Below, piece after piece: positions 1-7,273 of a stretch of 64,000 nucleotides of DNA. The stretch lies in the IMG/VR virus record IMGVR_UViG_3300045988_115849. One strand, given 5' to 3'. The DNA is from a virus. Within the stretch, counting starts at the first letter, position 1. Each line of letters begins with the position of its first letter. The position numbers and the translations under genes are program-made. Below the pieces are notes generated by a model. It saw only the letters and a list, made by a program, of their open reading frames with translations, searched no databases and was not told where the DNA came from.

Positions 1-2
1 AT

Positions 3-98
3 ACATCAGAAAAGATTCAAGGCGATACATCTGATCAGACAGGAAACTCGCCGATATTAGATGGATTGAATACAGACTCAAATAAGATTCAGGCATAA
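3..98 (+). CDS. 3' end of an upstream structural gene cut by the window edge (probably portal)
   Basis: Frame is open from the window edge to TAA 96-98 (..GDTSDQTGNSPILDGLNTDSNKIQA*). It lies directly upstream of the head-morphogenesis gene. The portal call is positional inference only. Confidence 0.35.
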   Translation, partial: TSEKIQGDTSDQTGNSPILDGLNTDSNKIQA

Positions 99-110
99 CA
101 GGAGAGAGAA

Positions 111-746
111 ATGTACTCAGCATTAAGTTTTGATGAATTGAATCAAATGGATATGAATACAAGGTCTATTCCGTATGAAAAGTATTTTGGAGAGATGGAA
201 CTTCCGAAAGAAGAAAAAGAGACAAGAATCAAACTGGCCGAGAATATGGAAGATGAATTTCTCTATGTCATGAGTCTTATGTTTACGTTGCAGAAATACC
301 CAACACCAAATTGGGAAACTGCAAGGCAAGAGTTTTTTGACAGATACAAGAAATCTTTGAATGGGTATGTTACACCAAATGAAAATTTTTTGGCGTACAT
401 GACAGCATTATCATATGAAGTTATAGATGCTACGAAAAGGAATATTGATGATCCTTATTACTTTTCACAGGATAGAGCAAAATTTATTTCTGAGAATGAA
501 AGTAATGTATCAAGAAGTTTTCAATACGACTTAGAAGCAATAGCACAAGGAAAAACAAAAAAACAGTGGGTTGCAATTATGGACAAGAAAACAAGGTCCA
601 CACATAGGTCCGCTGATGGAGAGATTATAGGAATAACAGAACCATTCATTGTGGGTGGTTCTTTATTAATGTACCCAAGGGATGTGTCTTTGGGCGCAAG
701 CTCATCTGAAATCGTAGGATGCAGATGCAGTGTTAAATACATATAG
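111..746 (+). CDS. Head morphogenesis / minor capsid protein (SPP1 gp7, Mu F-like domain)
   Basis: 211 aa. C-terminal region ..KTRSTHRSADGE..VGCRCSVKYI resembles the Mu F-like head morphogenesis domain. Position is between the putative portal and the scaffold. Confidence 0.8.
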   Translation: MYSALSFDELNQMDMNTRSIPYEKYFGEMELPKEEKETRIKLAENMEDEFLYVMSLMFTLQKYPTPNWETARQEFFDRYKKSLNGYVTPNENFLAYMTALSYEVIDATKRNIDDPYYFSQDRAKFISENESNVSRSFQYDLEAIAQGKTKKQWVAIMDKKTRSTHRSADGEIIGITEPFIVGGSLLMYPRDVSLGASSSEIVGCRCSVKYI

Positions 747-853
747 TCACAGAGAAGTGACGTTAATAAAACACGGTTGCTTAGAGAAAAGCAGAAAATA
801 AAACACAAATTTGATTGAGAGAGAACTCATAAAAACACAGGAAGGAATTTTAT

Positions 854-1498
854 ATGTTTTTTTATTATTTAAAAGGTAAACGTACTGGCAGCAGAGTTAG
901 ATTTGCAGATGCACCAGATGGTGGAGAAGGAGCGCAGGTCGGAAATCTTTCAGGCAATAATGGCGGTGGTTCTGGATCAACAGAAGATGAACCTAGCACA
1001 GATGAATTACTTGCTAAAATCGCACGATTAGAAGCTGAGGGATCAAAAAATAAAGCTGCATTAGATAAAGCCTTAAAGGAAAAAGGCGAGATCACAAAAC
1101 AGTACAGATCAACATTAACAGCGCAGGAACAGGCGGCGTTAGAAAAGAAAGAGGCTGACGAAGCTAAAGATGCAAGAATCGCTGAGTTAGAAACGAAAAT
1201 GCTGATTGGAGAATATACAGAAAGATGTATGGACCCTGAAATTGGCATGAGTAAAGATGCAGCGAAAAAATTTGCAGAGTCACTTGCAGGAAATGATATT
1301 GAATCAGCTTTTAAATGTCTTGCAGAACATATAAAAGTCACTAAATCCGATATGGAACAGGAATTTTACAAAAACAGAAAAAATATTAACGCCGGAAATG
1401 GAAATGCAAAAGAATCACTTGCAGTTGAAAAAGCAAAGGAATTTGCGAAGAACAAAAAAGCCGGAGTTAATGCAGATATATTAAAACATTACATGTAA
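854..1498 (+). CDS. Scaffolding protein
   Basis: 214 aa. Gly-rich N-terminus, then a long charged coiled-coil-like stretch (ELLAKIARLEAEGSKNKAALDKALKEKGE..). Sits in the scaffold position upstream of the capsid gene. Confidence 0.65.
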   Translation: MFFYYLKGKRTGSRVRFADAPDGGEGAQVGNLSGNNGGGSGSTEDEPSTDELLAKIARLEAEGSKNKAALDKALKEKGEITKQYRSTLTAQEQAALEKKEADEAKDARIAELETKMLIGEYTERCMDPEIGMSKDAAKKFAESLAGNDIESAFKCLAEHIKVTKSDMEQEFYKNRKNINAGNGNAKESLAVEKAKEFAKNKKAGVNADILKHYM

Positions 1499-1513
1499 GA
1501 AAGGAGACGTATC

Positions 1514-1903
1514 ATGGCAAGAGGAGATATGAAAGTAGATGTTCTTTCAGTTTCTAATGAAGTTGAAATTTTAAACAGAAAAGAATTTGAAGCAATTCCA
1601 AATACAGTAGACTTTGATGGTGTAGAAACCAAAGACGATTTAGGTAGAAAAGTTGTAAAAGCCGGTACTCCAATTGGAAAAGATGGAGCACCAATTAAAG
1701 CTACACCTTGGACTGGCGCTGTTGGAATTTTACTTCATGATGCTTATGAAACAAGACCGCAGCAGGCAGTTTTAAAGAAAGCATATGTAAATACGACAAG
1801 AGCACAGAAAAATTCTGGATTAACATATGATCTTGCATTAGTTACAGAGTTAGAAAAGTCTGGATGCAGAATCGTATTAGAAGAACCAGAAGTCTTAGCA
1901 TAA
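1514..1903 (+). CDS. Putative head decoration protein (lambda D-like position)
   Basis: 129 aa between scaffold and major capsid. SD GAAAGGAG. Motif VKAGTPIG..AVGILLHDA is reminiscent of decoration proteins. The call rests mainly on position. Confidence 0.45.
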   Translation: MARGDMKVDVLSVSNEVEILNRKEFEAIPNTVDFDGVETKDDLGRKVVKAGTPIGKDGAPIKATPWTGAVGILLHDAYETRPQQAVLKKAYVNTTRAQKNSGLTYDLALVTELEKSGCRIVLEEPEVLA

Positions 1904-1910
1904 GACAAAT

Positions 1911-1970
1911 ACCGGTTATTAGAAAAGATAGATAATCGCTAACCCTCAATAGTTACAGGGTAGAAAGGAG
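1911..1970 (+). promoter_or_regulatory. Conserved late-gene leader, copy 1 (two hairpins plus SD) upstream of the major capsid gene
   Basis: Hairpin CGGTTAT (1913-1919) / ATAATCG (1932-1938). Then CTAACCCT..AGGGT hairpin (1942-1946 / 1957-1961) and SD AAAGGAG. Positions 1935-1970 are identical to 5802-5837. Confidence 0.6.
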
Positions 1971-1976
1971 AACAAT

Positions 1977-3047
1977 ATGTTATTAACAGACGTTTTTTCA
2001 GCGGAAGCAGTAGCACTCGCTAGAACTTCTGATGTAAGTAATTCCATGGCATATGCCGGACTTGCTTTTTTCCCAAATAAAAAGAAAACTGGAATTGACC
2101 TGAAATGGATCAAAACACATAAAGGTCTTGGAGTTGCATTAAAACCATCTGCATTTGATGGTATGGCAACAATCCGTGCAAGAAAAGGATTCAAAGTGAC
2201 AAATGAAGAAATGCCACTTTTTCGTGAATCTATGGTTGTAAAAGAACAGGATTTAGCAGAGATCACAAGAGCTCAGGAATCCAATGATCCATACCTTAAT
2301 GAAGTTTTATCTCATATCTATGATGATACAAACGAGTTAATTGATGGTGCTGATATTGCAGCCGAACGCATGAGAATGCAGTTACTTGCACCAGTAGGCG
2401 GAGATATGAAAATTGTAATCGGTACAGCTGACAATGTAGCTTACAATTACAGTTATGATCCGAACGGCGATTGGAAAGCAAAACATTATGCATCTTTAGA
2501 AGGGACAAGCACATGGGATAAAGCGGATACATCCAAACCATTAAACGATATTCAGAAGGGTATTGATTACCTGACAAGTATCGGTGTCTCACCTATGTAT
2601 GCAATGATGACTTCAAAAACATTTAACTATCTGATTGAAAACTCTCAGATCAAAAATGCTATTATTACAATTTCTGGAAGAACAATTGATTTTGTATCTA
2701 AACAAGTTGTAAAAGAAGTGTTCCAGTCTCAGACAGGACTTATCCCAATTTTATACGATAAGAAGTTTGAGGACTATGACGGTAAAGATAAGAGCTTCTA
2801 TCCTGATGATTATGTAACAATCATCGGTGAAGGACAGCTTGGTAATACATGGTATGGAGTGACACCAGAGGAAAGAACATTACTTGGTGATCCTAGTGTA
2901 GATGTAAGTGTCCTTGATGATACAGGAGTTGCAATTGCTGTTAAATCTGAATACGGACCACCAGTATCTTATTCAACTACTGCTTCTCAGATTGTTCTCC
3001 CATCTTTTGAAGGCATGGACAGCATTTATGTTATGAAAGTAAAATAG
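1977..3047 (+). CDS. Major capsid protein (lambda gpE-like family)
   Basis: 356 aa with a strong SD. Sequence features (..SPMYAMMTSKTFNYLIENSQIKNAI.., C-terminal ..SIYVMKVK) resemble Phage_cap_E-type capsid proteins. Canonical position. Confidence 0.85.
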   Translation: MLLTDVFSAEAVALARTSDVSNSMAYAGLAFFPNKKKTGIDLKWIKTHKGLGVALKPSAFDGMATIRARKGFKVTNEEMPLFRESMVVKEQDLAEITRAQESNDPYLNEVLSHIYDDTNELIDGADIAAERMRMQLLAPVGGDMKIVIGTADNVAYNYSYDPNGDWKAKHYASLEGTSTWDKADTSKPLNDIQKGIDYLTSIGVSPMYAMMTSKTFNYLIENSQIKNAIITISGRTIDFVSKQVVKEVFQSQTGLIPILYDKKFEDYDGKDKSFYPDDYVTIIGEGQLGNTWYGVTPEERTLLGDPSVDVSVLDDTGVAIAVKSEYGPPVSYSTTASQIVLPSFEGMDSIYVMKVK

Positions 3048-3060
3048 GAGAAGTTGTATT

Positions 3061-3249
3061 ATGATTTATGATCATGTAGTAAATAAAAATGGTGTGTATT
3101 ATGCAGCTGGTGATGAGGTTCCGGAGGATAATGTTTCCACGGAACCTTCTGTAGAAGAATCTGTAAAAGAACAGGAAGTTCCTGTAAAAAGTGAAGAATC
3201 TACAGAAGAACCAGAAAAACCAAAAAGAGGAAGATCGCCGAAGAAATAA
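3061..3249 (+). CDS. Small acidic protein, unknown function
   Basis: 62 aa, SD TAGGAG, Glu/Pro/Ser-rich tail ending in a basic KPKRGRSPKK. Confidence 0.5.
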   Translation: MIYDHVVNKNGVYYAAGDEVPEDNVSTEPSVEESVKEQEVPVKSEESTEEPEKPKRGRSPKK

Positions 3250-3264
3250 AATGAGGTAAAAGAA

Positions 3265-3609
3265 ATGACAGAGGAAATATTGAATGAATTAATTGAATAT
3301 GCCGGAGATGATTATGAAGCAAATCAACAGTCATTTCTAAACTCATTGATTGAAGATGCAATAGAAGAAGTATGCTGTGCAATGTATCCCGGTGGATATG
3401 CTTCTGATAAAGAGTTTGAAAAACAGAAACAATCAGCTGTGAAACGATACAAAGGAAAAATAAAAAGGATAGCACAGTATCATTATGATAAACAAGGAAA
3501 AGAAGGCGTAGTCAGTTATTCAGAAAGCAGTACATCAGCTTCTTATGAAAATTCTGGAACACCTTCTAGTTATTTGAGAGGTATTATACCTGAATCAAAA
3601 ATTATCTAA
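3265..3609 (+). CDS. Head-tail connector protein (gp6-like)
   Basis: 114 aa. N-terminal ..LIEYAGDDYE..FLNSLIEDAIEEV.. resembles phage gp6-like head-tail connector proteins. Position is after the capsid gene. Confidence 0.55.
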   Translation: MTEEILNELIEYAGDDYEANQQSFLNSLIEDAIEEVCCAMYPGGYASDKEFEKQKQSAVKRYKGKIKRIAQYHYDKQGKEGVVSYSESSTSASYENSGTPSSYLRGIIPESKII

Positions 3610-3716
3610 GACGGTGCGTGATGTTTGAAAAGACCTCCTATTATACATCGCAGGGAGTGCTTAAGAAGGTGGTGGGGAAAGCACATTTTATGGAGGTTAT
3701 ATTAAATTGGAAATAA

Positions 3717-3751
3717 ACAGGACTTTTCTATTTTGCGAAGTCCTGTTTTTT
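3717..3751 (+). terminator. Intrinsic terminator inside the head-tail module
   Basis: Stem ACAGGACTT (3717-3725) / AAGTCCTGT (3738-3746) followed by a T-run. Confidence 0.65.
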
Positions 3752-3771
3752 ATGCCAGAAGGGAGTCTTCA

Positions 3772-4086
3772 TTGGATAGCGAACACTTTGTTGAAACAAA
3801 TACATTCGATGAGTTCAAAAGAAGAATTGAAGATGAAGATCATCGACAAAACAGACGAATAGAAGAGCTAGAAAAATTGGCAGAAGAAATACACACGCTT
3901 GCTAAAACATCGGCAGTTATGTGTGAAAAATTAATAAACATGAATGATAAGCTTGATACAGTAAACAAAGATGTTGAATCACTGAAATCAAAAGATGGTG
4001 AAACGTGGCGAAGAGTTGTATGGACAGTTATTGCTGCAATCTTAGGTATCGTTGTTGGATTCATATTTAAAGAAATAGGAATGTAG
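3772..4086 (+). CDS. XhlA-like membrane protein (coiled coil plus C-terminal TM)
   Basis: TTG start at 3772 after SD AAGGGAG. The tracked start 3733 lies inside the terminator hairpin. Coiled-coil-like segment (RRIEELEKLAEEIHTL..DVESLKSKDGETW) followed by the TM helix VVWTVIAAILGIVVGFIF, the layout of the XhlA family. Confidence 0.55.
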   Translation: MDSEHFVETNTFDEFKRRIEDEDHRQNRRIEELEKLAEEIHTLAKTSAVMCEKLINMNDKLDTVNKDVESLKSKDGETWRRVVWTVIAAILGIVVGFIFKEIGM

Positions 4087-4097
4087 GTGATTGTAAT

Positions 4098-4499
4098 ATG
4101 CGATCAAGGCAAAGAGACAAGCAAAATATATGGTTTTCGAAAATTTCAGAAAATCATGATGATATAGATACTGTCATTACTTATGAAAAGCCGATCATGA
4201 AAAAAATGACCGTATCATCTACAAGTGGTACTGCGGAAGAAATATCAGCGGGTATTGTTCCGAACTATGATCGCTATATTACAAGTTATGACAGATCGTT
4301 TTGCGATTATGCAGAAGAAGGTGTCGTATGTTGGGTGGATTCAGAACCAGAATTTAATCAAGATGGGTCATTGAGAATGGAAGATGATGAAATAACGCCA
4401 GTGACAATGCCAGATTATAAGATTTTGAAAATAATTGACACAAAAAAAGGAAATATCGCAAGGTATGGAATTAGCAAAATCAAAGGAGTGTATCAATGA
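4098..4499 (+). CDS. Putative head-tail joining / head closure protein
   Basis: 133 aa, SD present, position between connector and tail-completion genes. No diagnostic motif recognised. Confidence 0.4.
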   Translation: MRSRQRDKQNIWFSKISENHDDIDTVITYEKPIMKKMTVSSTSGTAEEISAGIVPNYDRYITSYDRSFCDYAEEGVVCWVDSEPEFNQDGSLRMEDDEITPVTMPDYKILKIIDTKKGNIARYGISKIKGVYQ

Positions 4500-5005
4500 G
4501 AATCAATATTGAGCTGAGTCAAAAAAGTATTCAATCAGCAATAAAGCAAATTGAAAATTGCAGAGATAAGCTTATTAGAAAAAACAGAGAATTTGTAAAG
4601 CGACTCGGAGAAGTTGGTATTCCTGTTATAGATTCTAATATAGCTGTTGCGGCGGGCGATTCAGACAAAACACATGATGCTTATATCAAAATCAATTCTT
4701 TTGGAGATTATGCACAAGCAACTTTGATCGTAAGTGGTAAGGATTTACTATTTATAGAGTTTGGTGCCGGTGTGCATTACAACGGAGCTGTTGGTAGCAG
4801 CCCTCATCCGTTGGGAGCATCAAAAGGATACACGATCGGTTCTTATGGAAAAGGCAATGGAAGTAAAGATGCTTGGTATTATTACGCTGATACAGGAGAA
4901 ATTGTAAAGTCGCAAGGTACACAAGCAACAATGCCAGTGTATAAAGCCGGCGTAGAAATGCGACAGCAGATGTTAAAGATAGCAAAGGAAGTATTTTCTT
5001 CTTAG
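4496..5005 (+). CDS. HK97 gp10-like tail component
   Basis: 169 aa. ATGA start/stop overlap with the upstream gene. The central FIEFGAGVHY motif resembles the HK97 gp10 family. Confidence 0.5.
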   Translation: MRINIELSQKSIQSAIKQIENCRDKLIRKNREFVKRLGEVGIPVIDSNIAVAAGDSDKTHDAYIKINSFGDYAQATLIVSGKDLLFIEFGAGVHYNGAVGSSPHPLGASKGYTIGSYGKGNGSKDAWYYYADTGEIVKSQGTQATMPVYKAGVEMRQQMLKIAKEVFSS

Positions 5006-5020
5006 AAAGGAAAGATTCAT

Positions 5021-5425
5021 ATGCCTGATACAGTAAAAAATCCAGTGTCCGATGTATATAAGCGTTGGAGTGCAGAAGTTAAAAAGGTTGTGGGTGATGG
5101 AAATTATTCATTCGAAAGAAGTCAAACTCTTGCAGCTAACAAAAAGATGTATGCGCAAATGTTTCTTATGGGTAATCCTGGGACACGTTGGGATATAGAA
5201 GGTGACGAAGTAGCTACAATCCCAAGTTTTCAAATTGATTGTTTTGCAACAGGAACAAAAAGTGTTGAAAAGGTATATCAGATTGACGATGCAAGTCACA
5301 GAGCAATGGTATCTATGGGATTTCAACGAACATATGGACCAGAACAGCAAGATAACACAGACAATAGTATAAAGCGTGTTGTAAGTCGTTATAGCAGAAT
5401 CTACACAGGTAATTTGTTGGAGTAA
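5021..5425 (+). CDS. Putative tail completion / tail terminator protein
   Basis: 134 aa, SD AAAGGAAAG, immediately upstream of the tail-tube region. Positional call. Confidence 0.35.
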   Translation: MPDTVKNPVSDVYKRWSAEVKKVVGDGNYSFERSQTLAANKKMYAQMFLMGNPGTRWDIEGDEVATIPSFQIDCFATGTKSVEKVYQIDDASHRAMVSMGFQRTYGPEQQDNTDNSIKRVVSRYSRIYTGNLLE

Positions 5426-5427
5426 AC

Positions 5428-5754
5428 ATGAATCTTATCTATTCAAAGAATGAATTTAACATATATAAATCAAATGATGATGGGTACATAGTGCATAACA
5501 CAAAAAAGAAATTTGCTGATGGTCATTCACACATCAGAACTTTTAATCAATCAAGATATATCGTTGAAATGGTTACACATAAAAGAGTACCTAACCATTT
5601 ATCAATATATTTGCTCACAAGCCTGATAAGAATTTCTAATGATGAGATTTATCAGGAAAAGATACAGGGATTAATTGATTCAAAGAAAAATAGAGGTCAA
5701 CGATTTTATACGAACAATATGAAAAATAAATATAAGTTTCAGAGAAATAGTTAA
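5428..5754 (+). CDS. Basic hypothetical protein (moron-like insert before the tail tube gene)
   Basis: 108 aa, SD GGAG. His-rich patch (IVHNTKKKFADGHSHIR) and a basic tail. No structural-protein character. Confidence 0.5.
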   Translation: MNLIYSKNEFNIYKSNDDGYIVHNTKKKFADGHSHIRTFNQSRYIVEMVTHKRVPNHLSIYLLTSLIRISNDEIYQEKIQGLIDSKKNRGQRFYTNNMKNKYKFQRNS

Positions 5755-5781
5755 TAACAGATATTTCTGTTTAGATATTAA

Positions 5782-5837
5782 ACCGGTCATGAAAAATCAT
5801 GATCGCTAACCCTCAATAGTTACAGGGTAGAAAGGAG
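5782..5837 (+). promoter_or_regulatory. Conserved late-gene leader, copy 2, upstream of the major tail gene
   Basis: Hairpin CGGTCATGA (5784-5792) / TCATGATCG (5797-5805) with an AAAA loop. Positions 5802-5837 are identical to 1935-1970. Confidence 0.6.
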
Positions 5838-5844
5838 TTTGATT

Positions 5845-6330
5845 ATGAGTGGTGTAGCCGGAATAAGTACAGTCGGTGTAAAAGTTGGATATGCAGTAGA
5901 AACTACAGCAGGAACAAAACCGGCAAAATTTAAACAGCTTCATCGTATCAATGCCACGGATGATATTGGAATTGATACAGAGACAATCGATGCATCAGCA
6001 TTAGAAGATGAAGTTGATAAAGAGATTGCAGGTAGAGGGTCAACAGGTGGAACATTTAATGTCACTGTCAACTTAACGAACGAGACAGTTAAAGAATGGG
6101 AAACTTTGATCAGTGAATACAAAACAGGAAAAGCAGCAGGAAAAGCCGTATGGTATGAAGAATATTACCCGGCACTTGATAAGGCATATTTCACAAAGAT
6201 TGAGCCACCAGCACAGTTACCTAAGCCGGGGCTTGATCAGAATGGATTAGCAACCGTTGAAATGACATTGACAATCAACGAGTATGTCGGTCTTGATACC
6301 GCAGTAGAACCAGACGATACAGAAGTGTAA
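5845..6330 (+). CDS. Major tail (tube) protein
   Basis: ATG at 5845 lies 7 nt after SD AAAGGAG. N-terminal ..GISTVGVKVGYAVETTAGTKPAKFKQL..IDASALED.. resembles TP901-1/phi13-type major tail proteins. Followed by chaperones and the tape measure. Confidence 0.8.
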   Translation: MSGVAGISTVGVKVGYAVETTAGTKPAKFKQLHRINATDDIGIDTETIDASALEDEVDKEIAGRGSTGGTFNVTVNLTNETVKEWETLISEYKTGKAAGKAVWYEEYYPALDKAYFTKIEPPAQLPKPGLDQNGLATVEMTLTINEYVGLDTAVEPDDTEV

Positions 6331-6352
6331 TTTGAATGAATAGGAGGCAAAC

Positions 6353-6832
6353 ATGTATAAAGTATTAAAAATTGGTGGAAAAGATTATAAGCTTGAATAC
6401 ACAGTTGAAGCATCATTATATGACGATTGTGTATCAAGCGTAACTTCATTGATGGTAGGAATCAGTGAATCAGAAGATAAAAATGATATTAAGAAGCTCG
6501 TAAAAGAAATTTCCAATATTCCAAAGACAACATTAATAATCTTTTATGCAGGGCTTCTTGAAGCACATGGACCAGAGGGAGATGGAACAGTTTCTGATCT
6601 TAAAGATGCAAAATCTCTTATTAGAACATATCTTGAAGAACATAAAGATGATGAAGATGGAAATTTCTATGGGATCATGACTCTTTGTATTGAAAAGATG
6701 GGCGAAGATAATTTTTTCGATCTAATCGGTCTGAACAAGATGTTAGGGATCGAACCAGAACAGAAGAAAGAACCAAAGAAACCTCAGGATCACAAAAAGA
6801 AAACAGCGAAAGCAGAAGTTACAGAGAAATAA
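6353..6832 (+). CDS. Tail assembly chaperone (gpG-like)
   Basis: 159 aa, acidic with a Lys-rich tail. Canonical position before the tape measure. The downstream ORF is open in the -1 frame. Confidence 0.75.
   Translation: MYKVLKIGGKDYKLEYTVEASLYDDCVSSVTSLMVGISESEDKNDIKKLVKEISNIPKTTLIIFYAGLLEAHGPEGDGTVSDLKDAKSLIRTYLEEHKDDEDGNFYGIMTLCIEKMGEDNFFDLIGLNKMLGIEPEQKKEPKKPQDHKKKTAKAEVTEK
6712..6718 (+). promoter_or_regulatory. Candidate -1 programmed frameshift heptamer T_TTT_TTC
   Basis: In the zero frame of 6353..6832 the codons are AAT TTT TTC. The -1 frame has a TAA at 6709-6711 and is then open from 6712 through 7197. Confidence 0.55.
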
Positions 6833-6843
6833 TACTTGATACA

Positions 6844-7197
6844 TTGTTTCCTCAGGCTGTAAAAGCCGGAATGACAAAAGATGAATTTTTTCACTCCACT
6901 CCAAAAGAAATTGGTGTATACATAAATGCATACAAAGAACAGAAAGAATATGAATTGAAAAGTACAAATTATCAATCATGGTTAACAGGTTCTTATGTGT
7001 TGCAAGCGATTAATTGTGCTTTTTCTAAAAATGGGAATTATCCAGAAAACCCATTGCTAAAAGAAGAAAAAAGTATTGAATCAATTGAAAAGAGAAGTGG
7101 AAGAAGTAAAGAAGAAATGCAACAAGAATTAAGACTTATGGAACTCAGAGTTATGCAAGCAAATGCAAATATAGAAAAGATAGGGGCAGACGAATGA
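6844..7197 (+). CDS. Tail assembly chaperone frameshift extension (gpT-like), probably made only as a G-T fusion
   Basis: Lies in the -1 frame relative to 6353..6832, with no convincing own SD or ATG. ..MTKDEFFHSTPKEIGVYINAYKEQKEYE.. resembles T-segments of Firmicute siphophages. Confidence 0.7.
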   Translation: MFPQAVKAGMTKDEFFHSTPKEIGVYINAYKEQKEYELKSTNYQSWLTGSYVLQAINCAFSKNGNYPENPLLKEEKSIESIEKRSGRSKEEMQQELRLMELRVMQANANIEKIGADE

Positions 7198-7216
7198 TTC
7201 TGCCCTTTATTTTTTT
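7184..7216 (+). terminator. Intrinsic terminator after the chaperone genes
   Basis: Stem GGGCAGA (7184-7190) / TCTGCCC (7199-7205) followed by TTTATTTTTTT. Confidence 0.65.
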
Positions 7217-7218
7217 AT

Positions 7219-7266
7219 ACCGGCTGACCGTATGAGATCAGCCGCTGACCTTATTAGTTGGAGGTG
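7219..7266 (+). promoter_or_regulatory. Conserved late-gene leader, copy 3, upstream of the tape measure gene
   Basis: Hairpin CGGCTGA (7221-7227) / TCAGCCG (7238-7244). Then CTGACCTT..GAGGT (7248-7252 / 7261-7265), which overlaps SD GGAGGTG. Confidence 0.55.
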
Positions 7267-7273
7267 AATTAAA

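Noticed and set aside
3610-3716. A fifth copy of the conserved late leader upstream of the XhlA-like gene
   Set aside because: ACGGTGCGTGATG..CATCGCAGGGAG has only partial stem complementarity. It lacks the CTAACC(C)T..AGG(G)T second hairpin.
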